A stretch of 64,000 nt of DNA from Dimorphilus gyrociliatus (taxonomy: Eukaryota > Animalia > Annelida): positions 744,001-808,000 of the forward strand of contig CAJFCJ010000011.1 of the NCBI GenBank assembly GCA_904063045.1, written 5' to 3'. Made by a program: the position numbers and the translations under genes. The notes below the pieces were generated by a model. The model was given only the letters and a program-made list of their open reading frames with translations, was not told the DNA's origin and searched no databases. Positions 1 to 12,335 of the stretch are shown piece after piece (position 1 is the first letter of the stretch; the number at the start of each line of letters is the position of its first letter).

Positions 1-518
1 GTCCAAGGTCGTTTGACATATACAGCACCGTAGACAAGTTGAATGCCAAGTTTCTCCACTTACTTTAAGCAAATACCGACACGTTATCAATTCTCCGCAT
101 CCAGCACAGAACGCGTCTATTGTAGTTTCACTCTGCAGCAATTGTAACTTGATTAACAAGTTAGAAACGTTTAATATAGATAACTGAAAATTTCTGTTGA
201 TCATAGTTCAGATAACATGTCCAGAACTTGATAAATGAGCACAGGCGGACGAGATACTTTTATGGATAAGATGGACAATAGGCGAGTACCACCGCCCCTT
301 TGGTCGCGATATGAATTCTAAATGAGCGAGAAAATACACAGAAATGCGCAGATGGGCAGGCGTGAGCAAAAATGTCGTGCTTCGTTTGTATTCTCAAAAC
401 GCGCTATGATTTCATTTGCAACACTAACGCAAACACAAAGCGTCTTGACGCCGCTGTCTGCCAAAAGTCGAGGCGTCTAACTAGATTTTCCGTATACTAA
501 CACGCTCACATCAGTCAT
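1..518 (-). CDS. Awh (Lhx6/8): LIM-domain protein, most like LIM-homeobox Awh/Lhx6/8; 5' part only, runs off the window
   Basis: Minus strand 132-1 reads SETTIDAFCAGCGELITCRYLLKVSGETWHSTCLRCCICQTTLD, a C-x2-C...WH-x2-C-x2-C-x2-C LIM finger; RYLLKV and LRCC.C...LD match Lhx6/8/Awh. It follows the acceptor ttgctgcag. Putative 9-nt first exon ATG ACT GAT (518-510) with donor gtgagc in phase 0; an alternative in-frame ATG lies at 204. Absent from the ORF track because there is no stop inside the window. Confidence 0.72.
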
Positions 519-2924
519 ATGTGGTACGTATAAAGAAAATGTGCGTCAAGCGTTCCGATTAACAGGCGTCAGAATTCGGTTACGTCATTACTTTATAGTA
601 TTAAGGCCGAAAAACGACAACACCTGGTATTCGTATAATACTTGAAGAACATAATGATCCTATGCGGAACGATGAGTACCTTTGACTATGCCTCTTCTCA
701 ACATAATTATTATCGCAATTTTCTCCTCAATCATTTCTTTCGAGTATATATTTATCATTGCGCATGTCTCATCGAAAACAAAGGAAGAAAAAAAACGTTT
801 TCGGATTATCTTTTATTTAAGACTATTCTACTGCTTAATAAGCTTTCGAGATTACGAGGATTCTAAAGTCAGAACCTGAATTTGTTTAGAGGAGTATTGA
901 ATTGTGCTCAGTTTAATGTCAAACCTTTATGTGTGTTTAACGTCAGAGTAAAATAAAGGTAATAGCTTAATCTTCTTAAATTCTCATCATCACATTGAAA
1001 ATTGTAAACCTTTGAATCTTAAAAATATGAATTTACCATGTTAAAGAATTTTTTTCTATCGTTTATGATGTTAAATTCAAGAGTTTTGATTTTTAAAGCA
1101 TAAAAATATTAATAAACAATACTTTAAGTGTGATAAAGAATATAATTCATACCTTTAAATTTCCGGAGTAAAGTGTTATTCTGCTATCAACACTGGAACA
1201 AGACGAAGATTCTCCAAATGATTCGAGAAGCATATTTGCGGAATTAGTTATGACGTGATCTGTCGATGATGAAGACATTTCACTCTCTGCGATTATACGC
1301 TAAAGTGTCGAGAGCGTAAACAAACGTTCAGTCAAGCGAAACTAAAGGCTAACCGCTGAGAAATCTGAAGTAATGTATGCAAGAAACTCAGCCAATCAGT
1401 GAAGAGTAGGTTGCAAAAGCCCCTACTCATTGGCGGATTGCTATTACGTAAACTATAGGCTTATATTCCATACCAGTCGATAAATTTTGTTGATAAACAT
1501 CAAAAACGATTCAGTATCATATATACAAATTAGATTAATGAAGTTTGTATGAATTGAACATGAAGATATACGAACTTGAGAGATTATGATCTATGAATAG
1601 CTATCTCGAATGGTAAAGAACGTGTCAATATTCCCTGCCGTCAGTCTTACACCTTCCCTATGGCTTTAGTCTTATAATCACTCACAAACGGACCAAACTG
1701 TGTCTCACTTACTCTCTCATTCTATTTGAGGTCAGAAGATTGACAAAGTAGAATGATATATTATATAATGCAACAGAAAGTACTAACTACGTAGGGCAGG
1801 AGCTAAAACGCACAAATTATATATTACTAGGTACTTATTGAGTCTATTCATTAAGTAAGAATTTGTTCGTCATATCTATTTCACTAAAAACAGTTCTCTT
1901 GATAATTAGCATATCGCATTTGGACATTATTTACACCATCATGCTGACACATTATATCATTCAGTTCTAGTTACAGTCTCTTTTATTAATTAGATAATGT
2001 ATTTTTTGTGACTATATAGGAGAAATTATATAAATATAATATGGAAATAAAATATTCATACTTTGTATTGTTTTGAATTTTCCACTATAGAAAAATAAAC
2101 TTTTTAAAAAAAATTATTTAAAGGAAAAGCGATAATATATATATTTTTATAAAAATTGAAAGGAACGCATAGATGTTATAGTTGAGAGAGCAGCTCGGCT
2201 AGAAGAAATACAATTGTACAAAAGAGATGTGCAGATGGCGTTCCGTAAAATTGAGCGTTAAATATAATAAAAACTTAGTTTGTTACAAATCCTGCGAATC
2301 TAGGCAACGTAGGATAAGGAACCTTAGGCGAAATGAGTATAACTCGACTTCATTTGGTTTAAATTTTTCATAAAATAATAGATTCTTATAAGAAAATTAT
2401 TCGTATAAGTTACCAGACTGATTATGTAATAGAATTTGCATTTTTTTTGCTTTTAATGTAAAAGCTAAGTCATATCTAAGAAGCTGAAGATATGTTCGGC
2501 TAGGAGATGCTGTTATAAAAGTCACCCTGGTGGCTTGTATGCCGCCATCTATCTGATACACGCTGCCTCATTCAAATGTAATAAATATCCTTTTATATTG
2601 GTGTAGTGAATGAATATAAAGTTTTATTTTGTCAAGTTTAGTTAAAATATTACCGAATATTTCGAAAGTGTGTGAAGTTCGCTTTTGTGTGTTAATTAAA
2701 ATTAGGGTTATCAGAAAAAACTTTAAATAATTAACTTCACATAAAAATTTCAGATTTCATCTGAAAAGTTTGTGAATCACTTTATCGTTAAATATTAATA
2801 AGACAGTATATATAAGAGTTACAGCTAGTGAAAAGACTGCTACTTTCTTTCTTTTCTGACAAAACTCTCCATAAATCGATGCAAACTTGAGGGTAATTAT
2901 ACGGCTGTTTATGAAATATTTTAT

Positions 2925-2938
2925 CCAGAAGATGGCAC
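2925..2938 (+). promoter_or_regulatory. CTCF-like motif CCAGAAGATGGCAC between Awh-like and Vsx-a (related motifs at 2228-2242 on + and 2541-2554 on -)
   Basis: Matches the CTCF core CCASNAGRKGGCRS. Motif match only. Confidence 0.4.
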
Positions 2939-5587
2939 TACGAATTCAATAGTTTTCATTATTAGCCAATAGATGGAAAACACTATTATCTCGATTTTAG
3001 AGTGAATCGCAGAAGAAAAATTCTCCAATATCCTTGTTATATTTAATGATACCTAATGCCGTTGTGTAAACCTGATTAGTAATTCAAAACACAGATTCTT
3101 AAGTTTTCTATGTGATTTATCCGACACGATCAACATTTGTAATACTCCCTAGTTTTTTATAAGAGAAATTTAACGTTTTAAGTTGATATTAAAATTGCTA
3201 AATTTATTAATTAAGGGAAAAATTATTTTGTAACGCTTTCAAATTAGAAAGAAGTTTCTATCGCGTACTCAATTGATTATTGAACACAGAGAATTGCGAA
3301 CAGTTACAATGGAGTATCGGAATTAAATAGGCAATGGAAGAATTAAAAGAGTAATTAAATTAGACCCTTCGCACTCTTGCAAACTTTTCTCTAACCTTTG
3401 CCTCTTTAATGAGGTCGACGTAGTCATACGAGAGCCTTTGCATTGCGTGAGACGTCATTGCAAATCTTACATGAGAAATATTCAGTTTTCTACTCTGCGA
3501 CGATTGTTTTCAGCACAAACATTTTTACATTCGTCGGGCGTAGAGCAATTATGGGGCGTTAATTGGTAACTGGAGATAGAATTTAGTCTAATTGAAGCAG
3601 AGTGCGGGGGAACAATATCTGTATTGCTGTTTCGATTCCGTAATTTAAACGGTCCGTCTAATGAAAATACGCGAGTTGAATAACGAGAATAAATTGCTTG
3701 GCGGAACGATGGAGAATTTCAATAATTATCGCCTGCAAATTGCTCGGGTATTGTGCTTACTCCGAAACCTACCGATTGTCTAATTGAGTAGTCATTTCCG
3801 CATCCGTTGGCCATTTCGATCGTTTTGTTAGTCGCACGTGCCGTCGTTGATAAGTGTTTATTATTTATTTGGATAAGAGATTAATAGAAAATAATTCAAT
3901 TTCGAAATATTTTTAATTAACTTTAGATATTTCAATAACTAGCATAAGTTTGTTGAATAATTAAACCAATTAGAAGAGCGCTAACAACAATAGCGTAGTG
4001 CAACAATTGAAAAATGAACAATTAGCGTTTCTTTAATGAGGGTGGGGCCACACAGTTTGTCGTTCGGTTTCCTTTCATCCTTTTTTCTCTTTTTTTTGTT
4101 TCACTCCCTTCCTTCGAAAGCTTAATACTCACATGTAAAAGTATAGTTTCGATGAATACTTGTATAAACTTGTAAGTTTTTTTTTATAATATGTGTAAAT
4201 CGTACTCTTTATCTATTATACCTATTATATGTAGATTTCACAGCATTTGTATTTTTATATTTTTATGCTTAGAAAATGTATCAAAAAGCATAGCATAGAA
4301 GGTATTCTACAATTCTTTCTATAGTTAACGCCTTCGACGACGCGCCGATAATCGGAAAGTGTTTAAAGCTTTCGACGCCCGTAGGCAGTAGTTTTATTAA
4401 GATCGTTTGCGCAAGTGGTGGAGAGAAACGCATTTTGGAGAGACGCTCTAGGCGTTTTTTGCAGACTGCGCTAGTATTTTATGACGGCTTCGTTATAATT
4501 ACTCGTCGTATACAAAACGTCATGGTCTTTATCGAATTACTGCTGAGATTGTCGCTAGAGAATTTGCTTTTTCCACTTCAATTATAAATTTAGGAGGACG
4601 ACGGGTAAAAATTTGGTCTAATTGACGGTTTACTCTCACCCCAACACCTGCCTACCAACACCCACAGCGATTACCGCCCACCGCCCACTCGCTTGAGCAA
4701 GCAGCAAATATGCACCACTCATTATCTCATGATCTCTCCTCAAGCAGACGTAACTGTTATGTTACGGTTTGCTTCGCTAATGGACTCTTGCTGCGCAAGT
4801 ATGAAGGACCTACCGTGTCAACTTTCCACTTCTATTTCTATTATACGCAACTGAAGGAAGCTAAGGAAGCCGTGTAACATAGACTGTATACAGAAAGCGT
4901 TTACAATTAATTCGTTATTTAAACGAGTAATTATTTGATGAAGGCTGTTAAGTGTTAAATTAGTACGAAACTCGACGCTTCCACGCCCTTTTTCATTACG
5001 CTTTTTTGCATACAAACGCTAGTATTTTATTTCTCTTTGAACGACGTCCTTAGTGAGTGTTCTCGGCAAAGAACTAACTCTTAAAAATTACAAACGTCCC
5101 AACATCTCCGCTTAGACATGTTCAAACGTGTTCAACGAGCTAGTTCAAAGTGTGAATCCTAAACGCTTTTGAATAGGTGTACAATGGAGACTAATGGCGT
5201 CAAGGCATCCCTGAGGCTTTTCAAATTTTATTCGCGCATAAAATCTTCCGATAGCTCGGTAGATGGCTCTGGCACCAGTTGACGATAACCAATAAGCTTT
5301 CGAGAACTGTAGAATAATTATGTGAGATGATGAAAGTAGTTGGACGCTGATTGGCAGGCAATGTTGGAAATATTTTGATCACTTTATTGCAGCACTGACT
5401 ACATCCCGTTTGCACGCAGTCGCCGATTTTAAAAGAGACGTTGAAGAGGAGAATACTATAATTATATAATTAATTTATTTATTTTGTGCTTAAAGTTGAT
5501 ATTAAGACCTTTATATCAAGAAGTATCAAAACGTATTCAGTATTTAATGCAGTATATATGAATTTCTTCATTTGAATTTAAATTATA

Positions 5588-8500
5588 ATGCATCAAGCTC
5601 ATTCAATGGCCGCAACTGCCGCAATGGCTTATCAAACTACATCCAGTTTACAACGATCGCCCTTCGCTATTCACGAGCTACTGGGACTTAGTGAAAGACC
5701 TCCACCTCCTCCTCCACCGATCCCTCCATCCGCTCAACTTGACTGGCGACATGTTCATCTCCAACAACTTGCAGCGTCTGCAATGCCGCCTCATCATCAT
5801 CATCCTCATCTCCACGCAACACCGACTGATATGCACTCTCATCATGGTAAGTCTCCTATTTACAAATCTTCTTCCTGCTACTTGGCAAAAAAAGCAAATC
5901 AGCTTTTCCAACTAGATAAATGGTTATGCTTTACCAAAGTAACAAAAAACTTGCAAAGTTTGTTTTCAAACTAAATTAATAAGCTTAAGACACTCCCAAT
6001 ACTATATATATATATTGTTTTGCAGTTGCTATGTAACGTTTGTTAAGAGTTTATTTCCGTTAGGACTCTGTAAACGCTTCTAAATTATAATATTTGGCCA
6101 ACCCATTCGTAATATTAAATTTTCGGATAGATATGGATTAACTCCTAATTACTGTCATAAATTAGTTATTAACCGGCAAGACTTTAAGAGGTAACATATT
6201 CGACTAGACAAGAAACTGAACATGAAATATTTAAGATTGTACAAAGTGGCAATATGCTATCAAAATAACAATGCAACTATTGTCATTCATTCAATTAGAG
6301 TTAGGAACGAATTCATCAATTAATCATATTTGCTCGCGCCTGGTGAGCAACCACAACAAAATTTTCATCACGCTCATCTGACCATGCAACTTCCTTTCTG
6401 AATATTTCACAAATCTAATCGACTAAATATAACGAGCGTTTTTTCTTTTAAAGCTTATGTGAATTAGCGCACGTACTGTAATCGGCAAAACAACGAGACG
6501 AATACTGTTATGCCTATTTTTACAAATACTTATTACTCAAGTGATACATGTGAATGGTTTATCTCGTGCATGTGTAGCAGCAATCAGAGTAAAGGATAGA
6601 AATCAAATTCTGTATAAGGATAATCTAGTTTGCCGAGCACAATTACATTTTTGCACGCCTAAATACGCCCATGTTGCATCAATGTTCGCGAATAGATTGC
6701 GTTATAGACATTTGTCGGAGCGGATTGCTCTCCAGATTTTTATGGCAGTTAATTTTTAACATTGAGAAGTTTTAAATCATTCACATGATTAGAAATAGAA
6801 TTGCGAGAAAAATTGTGCACTTGTGTCACAGCATGATATATATGAGGAACTAAGGAAACGTTCCGATTCAACCGGAACGCGAAATTGGCGAACGTCATTT
6901 CAAATAAGGTTAGGGCGGAAGAATGCGGCGTCTAAAATCGTCGCAAAATCTAATTGCCCTCATGCCGTGACGTCGACTGAGCTAATGAACGATTGGCGAA
7001 CACGCACACAAATCAGCTTTACAGTCATGCTACTCATTCAAATTTTATTGATCGTCTGCAAATTGATTGCTCAAAATCTTTTTCACCGATAATTAATTAT
7101 TTTGACGAATCATAGTCGGAATGTCTAATTTTAACATTTCTTTTTCTTTCTGTTAACTTCAGATAAGTGTGGAGAGATAAATCATAGCAAAAGCTATAAA
7201 ATAATTCAAAATAAATAGCCTATAAAATACAAAGAAGTAAGCGTAAAATCATAATATAACATAATTATGCTAAGTGTTGGATGAAATTGTGTTCGCTTAA
7301 ATTCACTTAAATATACTCCAGCTGCAAATTACCTTCATTTGATATGCCCTCTGGTGGTAGGTTTTTAAACCAAAATGCTTGTTATCTGCAAAAACAATCA
7401 CCAGTTATCTTAATCAGCAACAAAAACAAGCAAAGCTTTAGACCACATGTCGATAGCGTTATCTTGCCATCTTTCTTTATAGGCCTGGAATGTAATTAAT
7501 TTTATTACAACGTTGTTAATAAAAGCTATGATATATTCTGAATATTAACAAAAATCTCTTGAAATCTTTCGCACTGAAAAATATCAAAGTTGAATTTGTG
7601 TCCTCATAGAAATTAGCGTTGGAGTAGCCTAGAATTGAAGGGATATCCCCAGAGAAAACTATACGATGTCCTAAAAAGTTCATATCTTCAACAAATGAAA
7701 TGAGATAAATACTTAATGTGGTTATTATATTCAAAAACTTTTCCCCAGCAGAGAATACAAATGACCTAGATGCACTTGGTCGACCATTAACTTCTTCTCC
7801 AACAAACGGAAACAAGAAAAAAAAGAAAAAGCGGAGACATAGGTAAGATTTAAAATTTCTGGATGGCACAAGTCTCAATCCCATATCCCATTATTATGAA
7901 TTTAACGAGTAATTTTTGCATGCCTTTGCATATTTACTTTTTATTGAAACGGAAAACCGTACTAAAGCGTATAAAGTCTACTCAATTTGTCGTCGGTTTA
8001 TAAAAAAGTATAATCGCTTCAAAGAGCGAATTTCCTTTAATTAGTGATAGACGTAAAATTAATTGCTGCTCATGTAAATGTAATGTTATGTCTAGAGTAT
8101 CAATTACGTATGGATCTGTAACGTCGTATTATTCGCTCGATTAGCTTCCAATCATGCGCTTATAAATGTGAAATACGAAATCGAGAATTTTTGCTCGTAC
8201 AATCTAACACATTAAAGACATAAAAATTTAACAAATGTATACGACTTCAAACAAGCACACAATGGTTAATACTCATTCTTAAACTGAGCGATAATAACAA
8301 TTTCAGGGAATTATATATGCTTTTATCTCTAAATTGACTGTTTCAACGATAAAATACTAATTACTTAACGTAGATTACCAAAAATACCGTTGAGAATTCA
8401 TAGCGTGTCAGGAAACGAATCGAAAGGTTCAATGCGCGGACTTGCAGCGCCTTTGGCTGGCGAAGATAATCGGCTCATTCATCTCTCTATTTTCCTACAG

Positions 8501-10767
8501 AACAATTTTTACATCTTATCAGTTAGAAGAATTGGAAAAAGCGTTCAAGGACGCACACTACCCAGACGTCTATGCTCGAGAAGTTCTTTCTCTAAAAACT
8601 GATTTGCCTGAAGATAGAATACAGGTATGTTAATGTTTGTGACAAACAGTTGTAAATTTTATTATTATTATTATTATTATTATATAGAACTTTCGAAATT
8701 AAAGACCCTAAGTAATAGATAACAAAATTCACAATGAAATCTATTTCTGATTTAAGAAGAGTTTTTAGTCTGATAATCTTTACTCATCCATAAATTGCGC
8801 GAAATAAGCAATTACGATAATTGAATTATTGTGTATTCCCAAGCTGAATGTTTTGTGATAGGACATTTATTATCCATCAAAAAATATTTGCGCTGTCTTA
8901 GCTCGTGCATACGAAACGAATCATCACCGAATCATCCTAGCGTGTCATTGTTTTTTCTTCTGCGTCCTTGTTTCAGATAATTGCATTCCTCCTATCCAAA
9001 CGTAATAAATTGGTTAATTTTCATTCCACAATTGGCAATATCTCTACAAAAAGATATATCGCCGATATGTACATATATATATATATATATTCTGAACTAT
9101 ACCATACATTTATATCCTTCCCCGTAAAAGACAATAGAACTTTCCTATTTCGTTGTTTTTGTTGGTACTAGACACAATGCTTTGTCTTCATCGTTATAAT
9201 TAATACTTATGTGGATACAGAGGGAACTCATTCAGTTGCTGACATTTTTCTTTTTTCCTGAGCTCTGTCACGTTTGCATCGGGTGGTGCTAAAAACTCCC
9301 TAGGGGGTACATGATCGATTGTAGAGGATAATGTGTCCTTCTGACGATTCAATGCTATTTTATATATAAATTTTATATATAAATTTTACATATAAAGTAT
9401 ATATACAGTATATATATATATATATATTTTAAATATTTAACTACTTTCAGTTTAAAGGCTAATTATGACTTATGATTTTAGTCTGTGATAGCAAGTATGA
9501 AAGTCATGAAATGAACAAAAATTTATCCCATTTTACTTTAGTAGCTACTTTCTTATTCAATATAAAAATTATGGATTATTAAAGAGTACAAAAGGTGAAG
9601 AAACATAGTACTTTAAGTATCTGTCTTACGACTATTACATCAGTGCGAAAGATATATTACACGAATATTAATGATATAGTGAATTTTGTATTATGATTAG
9701 TTAAATTCTATCAGCAAATACCAACAAATAAATAGTTGTAGAAATGAACAATTAATGAAGAGAGTTTATATTAGGATTTATGTCGTGGAATTCATCATTA
9801 AGTCCAACTGCATTTATAAATTGTCAAGGAAAAAGTAACGCTAAAGCATATAGATGTAGAAAAAGCACAAGCGTCGGTGCACACAAAGGATATAGGAATA
9901 TAATTGGCAATCGCTTCGACACAATCTGAAAACGTGCTTACTGAATGATAAAATGGCGCCAACAGCTTAATTAAAGCAACCCTAATTGGGCACGAATCAC
10001 TAATTGGTGACGGCGTCCACGTGACGCCAGCGTCAGTTTGCTCGTTTCCGCCGCCTAATTGGCGTTTCCCGGCGTCTTCTTTTTGTGATTATATATATGT
10101 GCAATTTTTCTACACTTCATTCGAATTTACTTTCTCAATATATTTCTTTTTCGTTTCTTTAATTTGTGCACACAGCACGCATGCAGCAGCTTGAAATCGG
10201 ATTTAATTAATGCGAACGTTTAATTGTTTACAACTGTATTTCGTAATTGATGTAGGCGCTAAATCTTCCTTATATTTTATCCATATTATAATACTATTTC
10301 AATTTGATTGGACTTAAAGTAACAAGTTATTTTTCGTATTTTAGGTTTGGTTCCAGAATCGCCGAGCTAAATGGAGAAAATCCGAGAAAACATGGGGTAA
10401 AGGGTCAATAATGGCTGAATATGGCTTGTATGGTGCAATGGTTAGACATTCTCTTCCACTTCCAGACTCTATAGTGAAACCAACAAATGAGGGGAAAGAA
10501 GTGGTTGAATCTAGCGCTCCCTGGTTGCTGAGCATGCATAAAAAATCGATCGAAGCGGCACAAAAATTGAAGGAGGAAGAAATGGAAAATTTTCCAAATA
10601 GTAATGACCAATTAAAAGAGGAGAGTATTGCAAATTTAAGAGCAAAAGCTAAAGATTTTTCCAGTTCTCGTGATCCTTCAAATGCTGCTTTTAAGCCCTT
10701 ACCATTCGATTCTTCAACGACATCTTCAGCCACCTCAACTCCGTCGTCCCTTGACCCGGGAACTTAA
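5588..10767 (+). CDS. Vsx: Visual system homeobox protein, copy a (299 aa; eh1 motif, Q50 PRD-class homeodomain, CVC domain, OAR motif)
   Basis: Exons 5588-5846, 7749-7842, 8501-8624, 10345-10767; all GT-AG with consistent phases. Motifs FAIHELLGL (eh1), [47 protein letters not shown]|[15 protein letters not shown] ([18 protein letters not shown]...[11 protein letters not shown]) and OAR-like [11 protein letters not shown]. Confidence 0.95.
7344..7357 (-). promoter_or_regulatory. CTCF-like motif CCACCAGAGGGCAT in Vsx-a intron 1
   Basis: Near-canonical CTCF core on the minus strand. Motif match only. Confidence 0.4.
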
Positions 10768-12335
10768 TTAGAGCCGATAACGTGCCTCGTTCGCCCTCCA
10801 AATCATTCTGCTTCACCAAACTTAATTCATTTGCGATTCGCCAACGAAATGTTCACAATATATACGGTGCTTTTTATGTCTTATACATCGTTGTAACATG
10901 TATCCCTCTAGTTACTTTCTTGTTCGTTCCTATATATTTTATCAAATGTTATTGAAAAAAATAAAACATATATGTATCAGCGTATTGTAGAATCTATTCT
11001 ATTCGTGCTGCATTTGTGTTTATCTGCTATTCATGTGCAAATTATAGATATAACTAATCTTTAATTAAATTAATACATTTATACACAGAAATTTTTTAAG
11101 TAAAAGTTGTTTTAATTTATTTACTGAGAAAATTTTTTACTGAGGAATCGGAAGATATCTAACAAATGCAAAACATAACAGTATGAAATACGAGACGTAC
11201 GGAATTTAATTAGATTCTCCTTTTGTTTTAACTGACAATTTGTTGACTTATTTCATGGTTCTATTCAAGCATTCCTCGACTTGTTCAATTTGGTACTCTT
11301 CGAAGTTAAATTTATAGTTAACAACCATTATTTGAGGAATCTGTTTATTTCACATAGTTTTCTATTAACTTGATAATTTGCGATTTTCCTAATCCAAAAA
11401 TATATATCGAAAATTAAATCTTTTACAACTAGCATTATATTATTTAATATATTTGATCATCTATTAAAATTTTATGTATGTATACTGTATAATATTCTTG
11501 AGTGAATAAAACTGCAGAGAAACATATTCATGTTTCAGACGAGAGATGTCGCTAGTATTTTGCATAAGCGAAGGACATACAGAAAATTATACATTAAAAA
11601 CATCATTATTTTGCGTATGATTAGCTGGCGGCTACCTCGAAACAAAGGATACGCATCTTTTAGAGAATTAATTAGCTAGCCTTCAGCCATATACATTTGA
11701 CACAGATGCAGTAAAGCTCATAGCCACCCGATGGTATATTTTTTTCGACTATTAATACACTTTCTAAGATTTTTGGGAAACTATCAAAGTTCGTCAGTTT
11801 AAAAACCTAGAAAAAACTTTTATTTATATTGAACACTTTACACCTTTCTATAGAAAATTGTTGTAAAAGCCAGAACGTTTGCTATTTCTTTATTTACAGT
11901 GATTTAATTGTTTTTTTGGTGTGAACTTTAATCCCTTTTAAAATCCTAATGAACACATAAAAGTAAGAATGAATCTCTTCCATTTGACTTATTTGCTAAT
12001 GGTATATCCAATCAAATTTCGACACATTCTAACAGCCAATTCTAAAATAGAAAATTATTGTATCTATAATATCAAAGTTGTCTTGTTGACAAAAAGGTTT
12101 TTTGCTAAAATAGTTATTTATTGGAAAAAAATAATAAAACTATAAAGTGAAGGACAAAAGTAATTCCTACCGATAGTAAAAAACATGGCGCAGTGGGCTG
12201 GACCAAGTTGTGATTGACGTGCTCTGTGGGCGGTCTCTATCTTTAATCACAACTAAACAATAGCTAATTGGCCTCCAGGTCGCTGAGAACGCTCTCTACC
12301 TGTGACATTTTTCATTGTACATCTGCTTAACCAGG

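Noticed and set aside
10341-10733. 130-aa minus-strand ORF (and 10405-10611)
   Set aside because: Antisense shadow of Vsx-a exon 4; no independent motifs.
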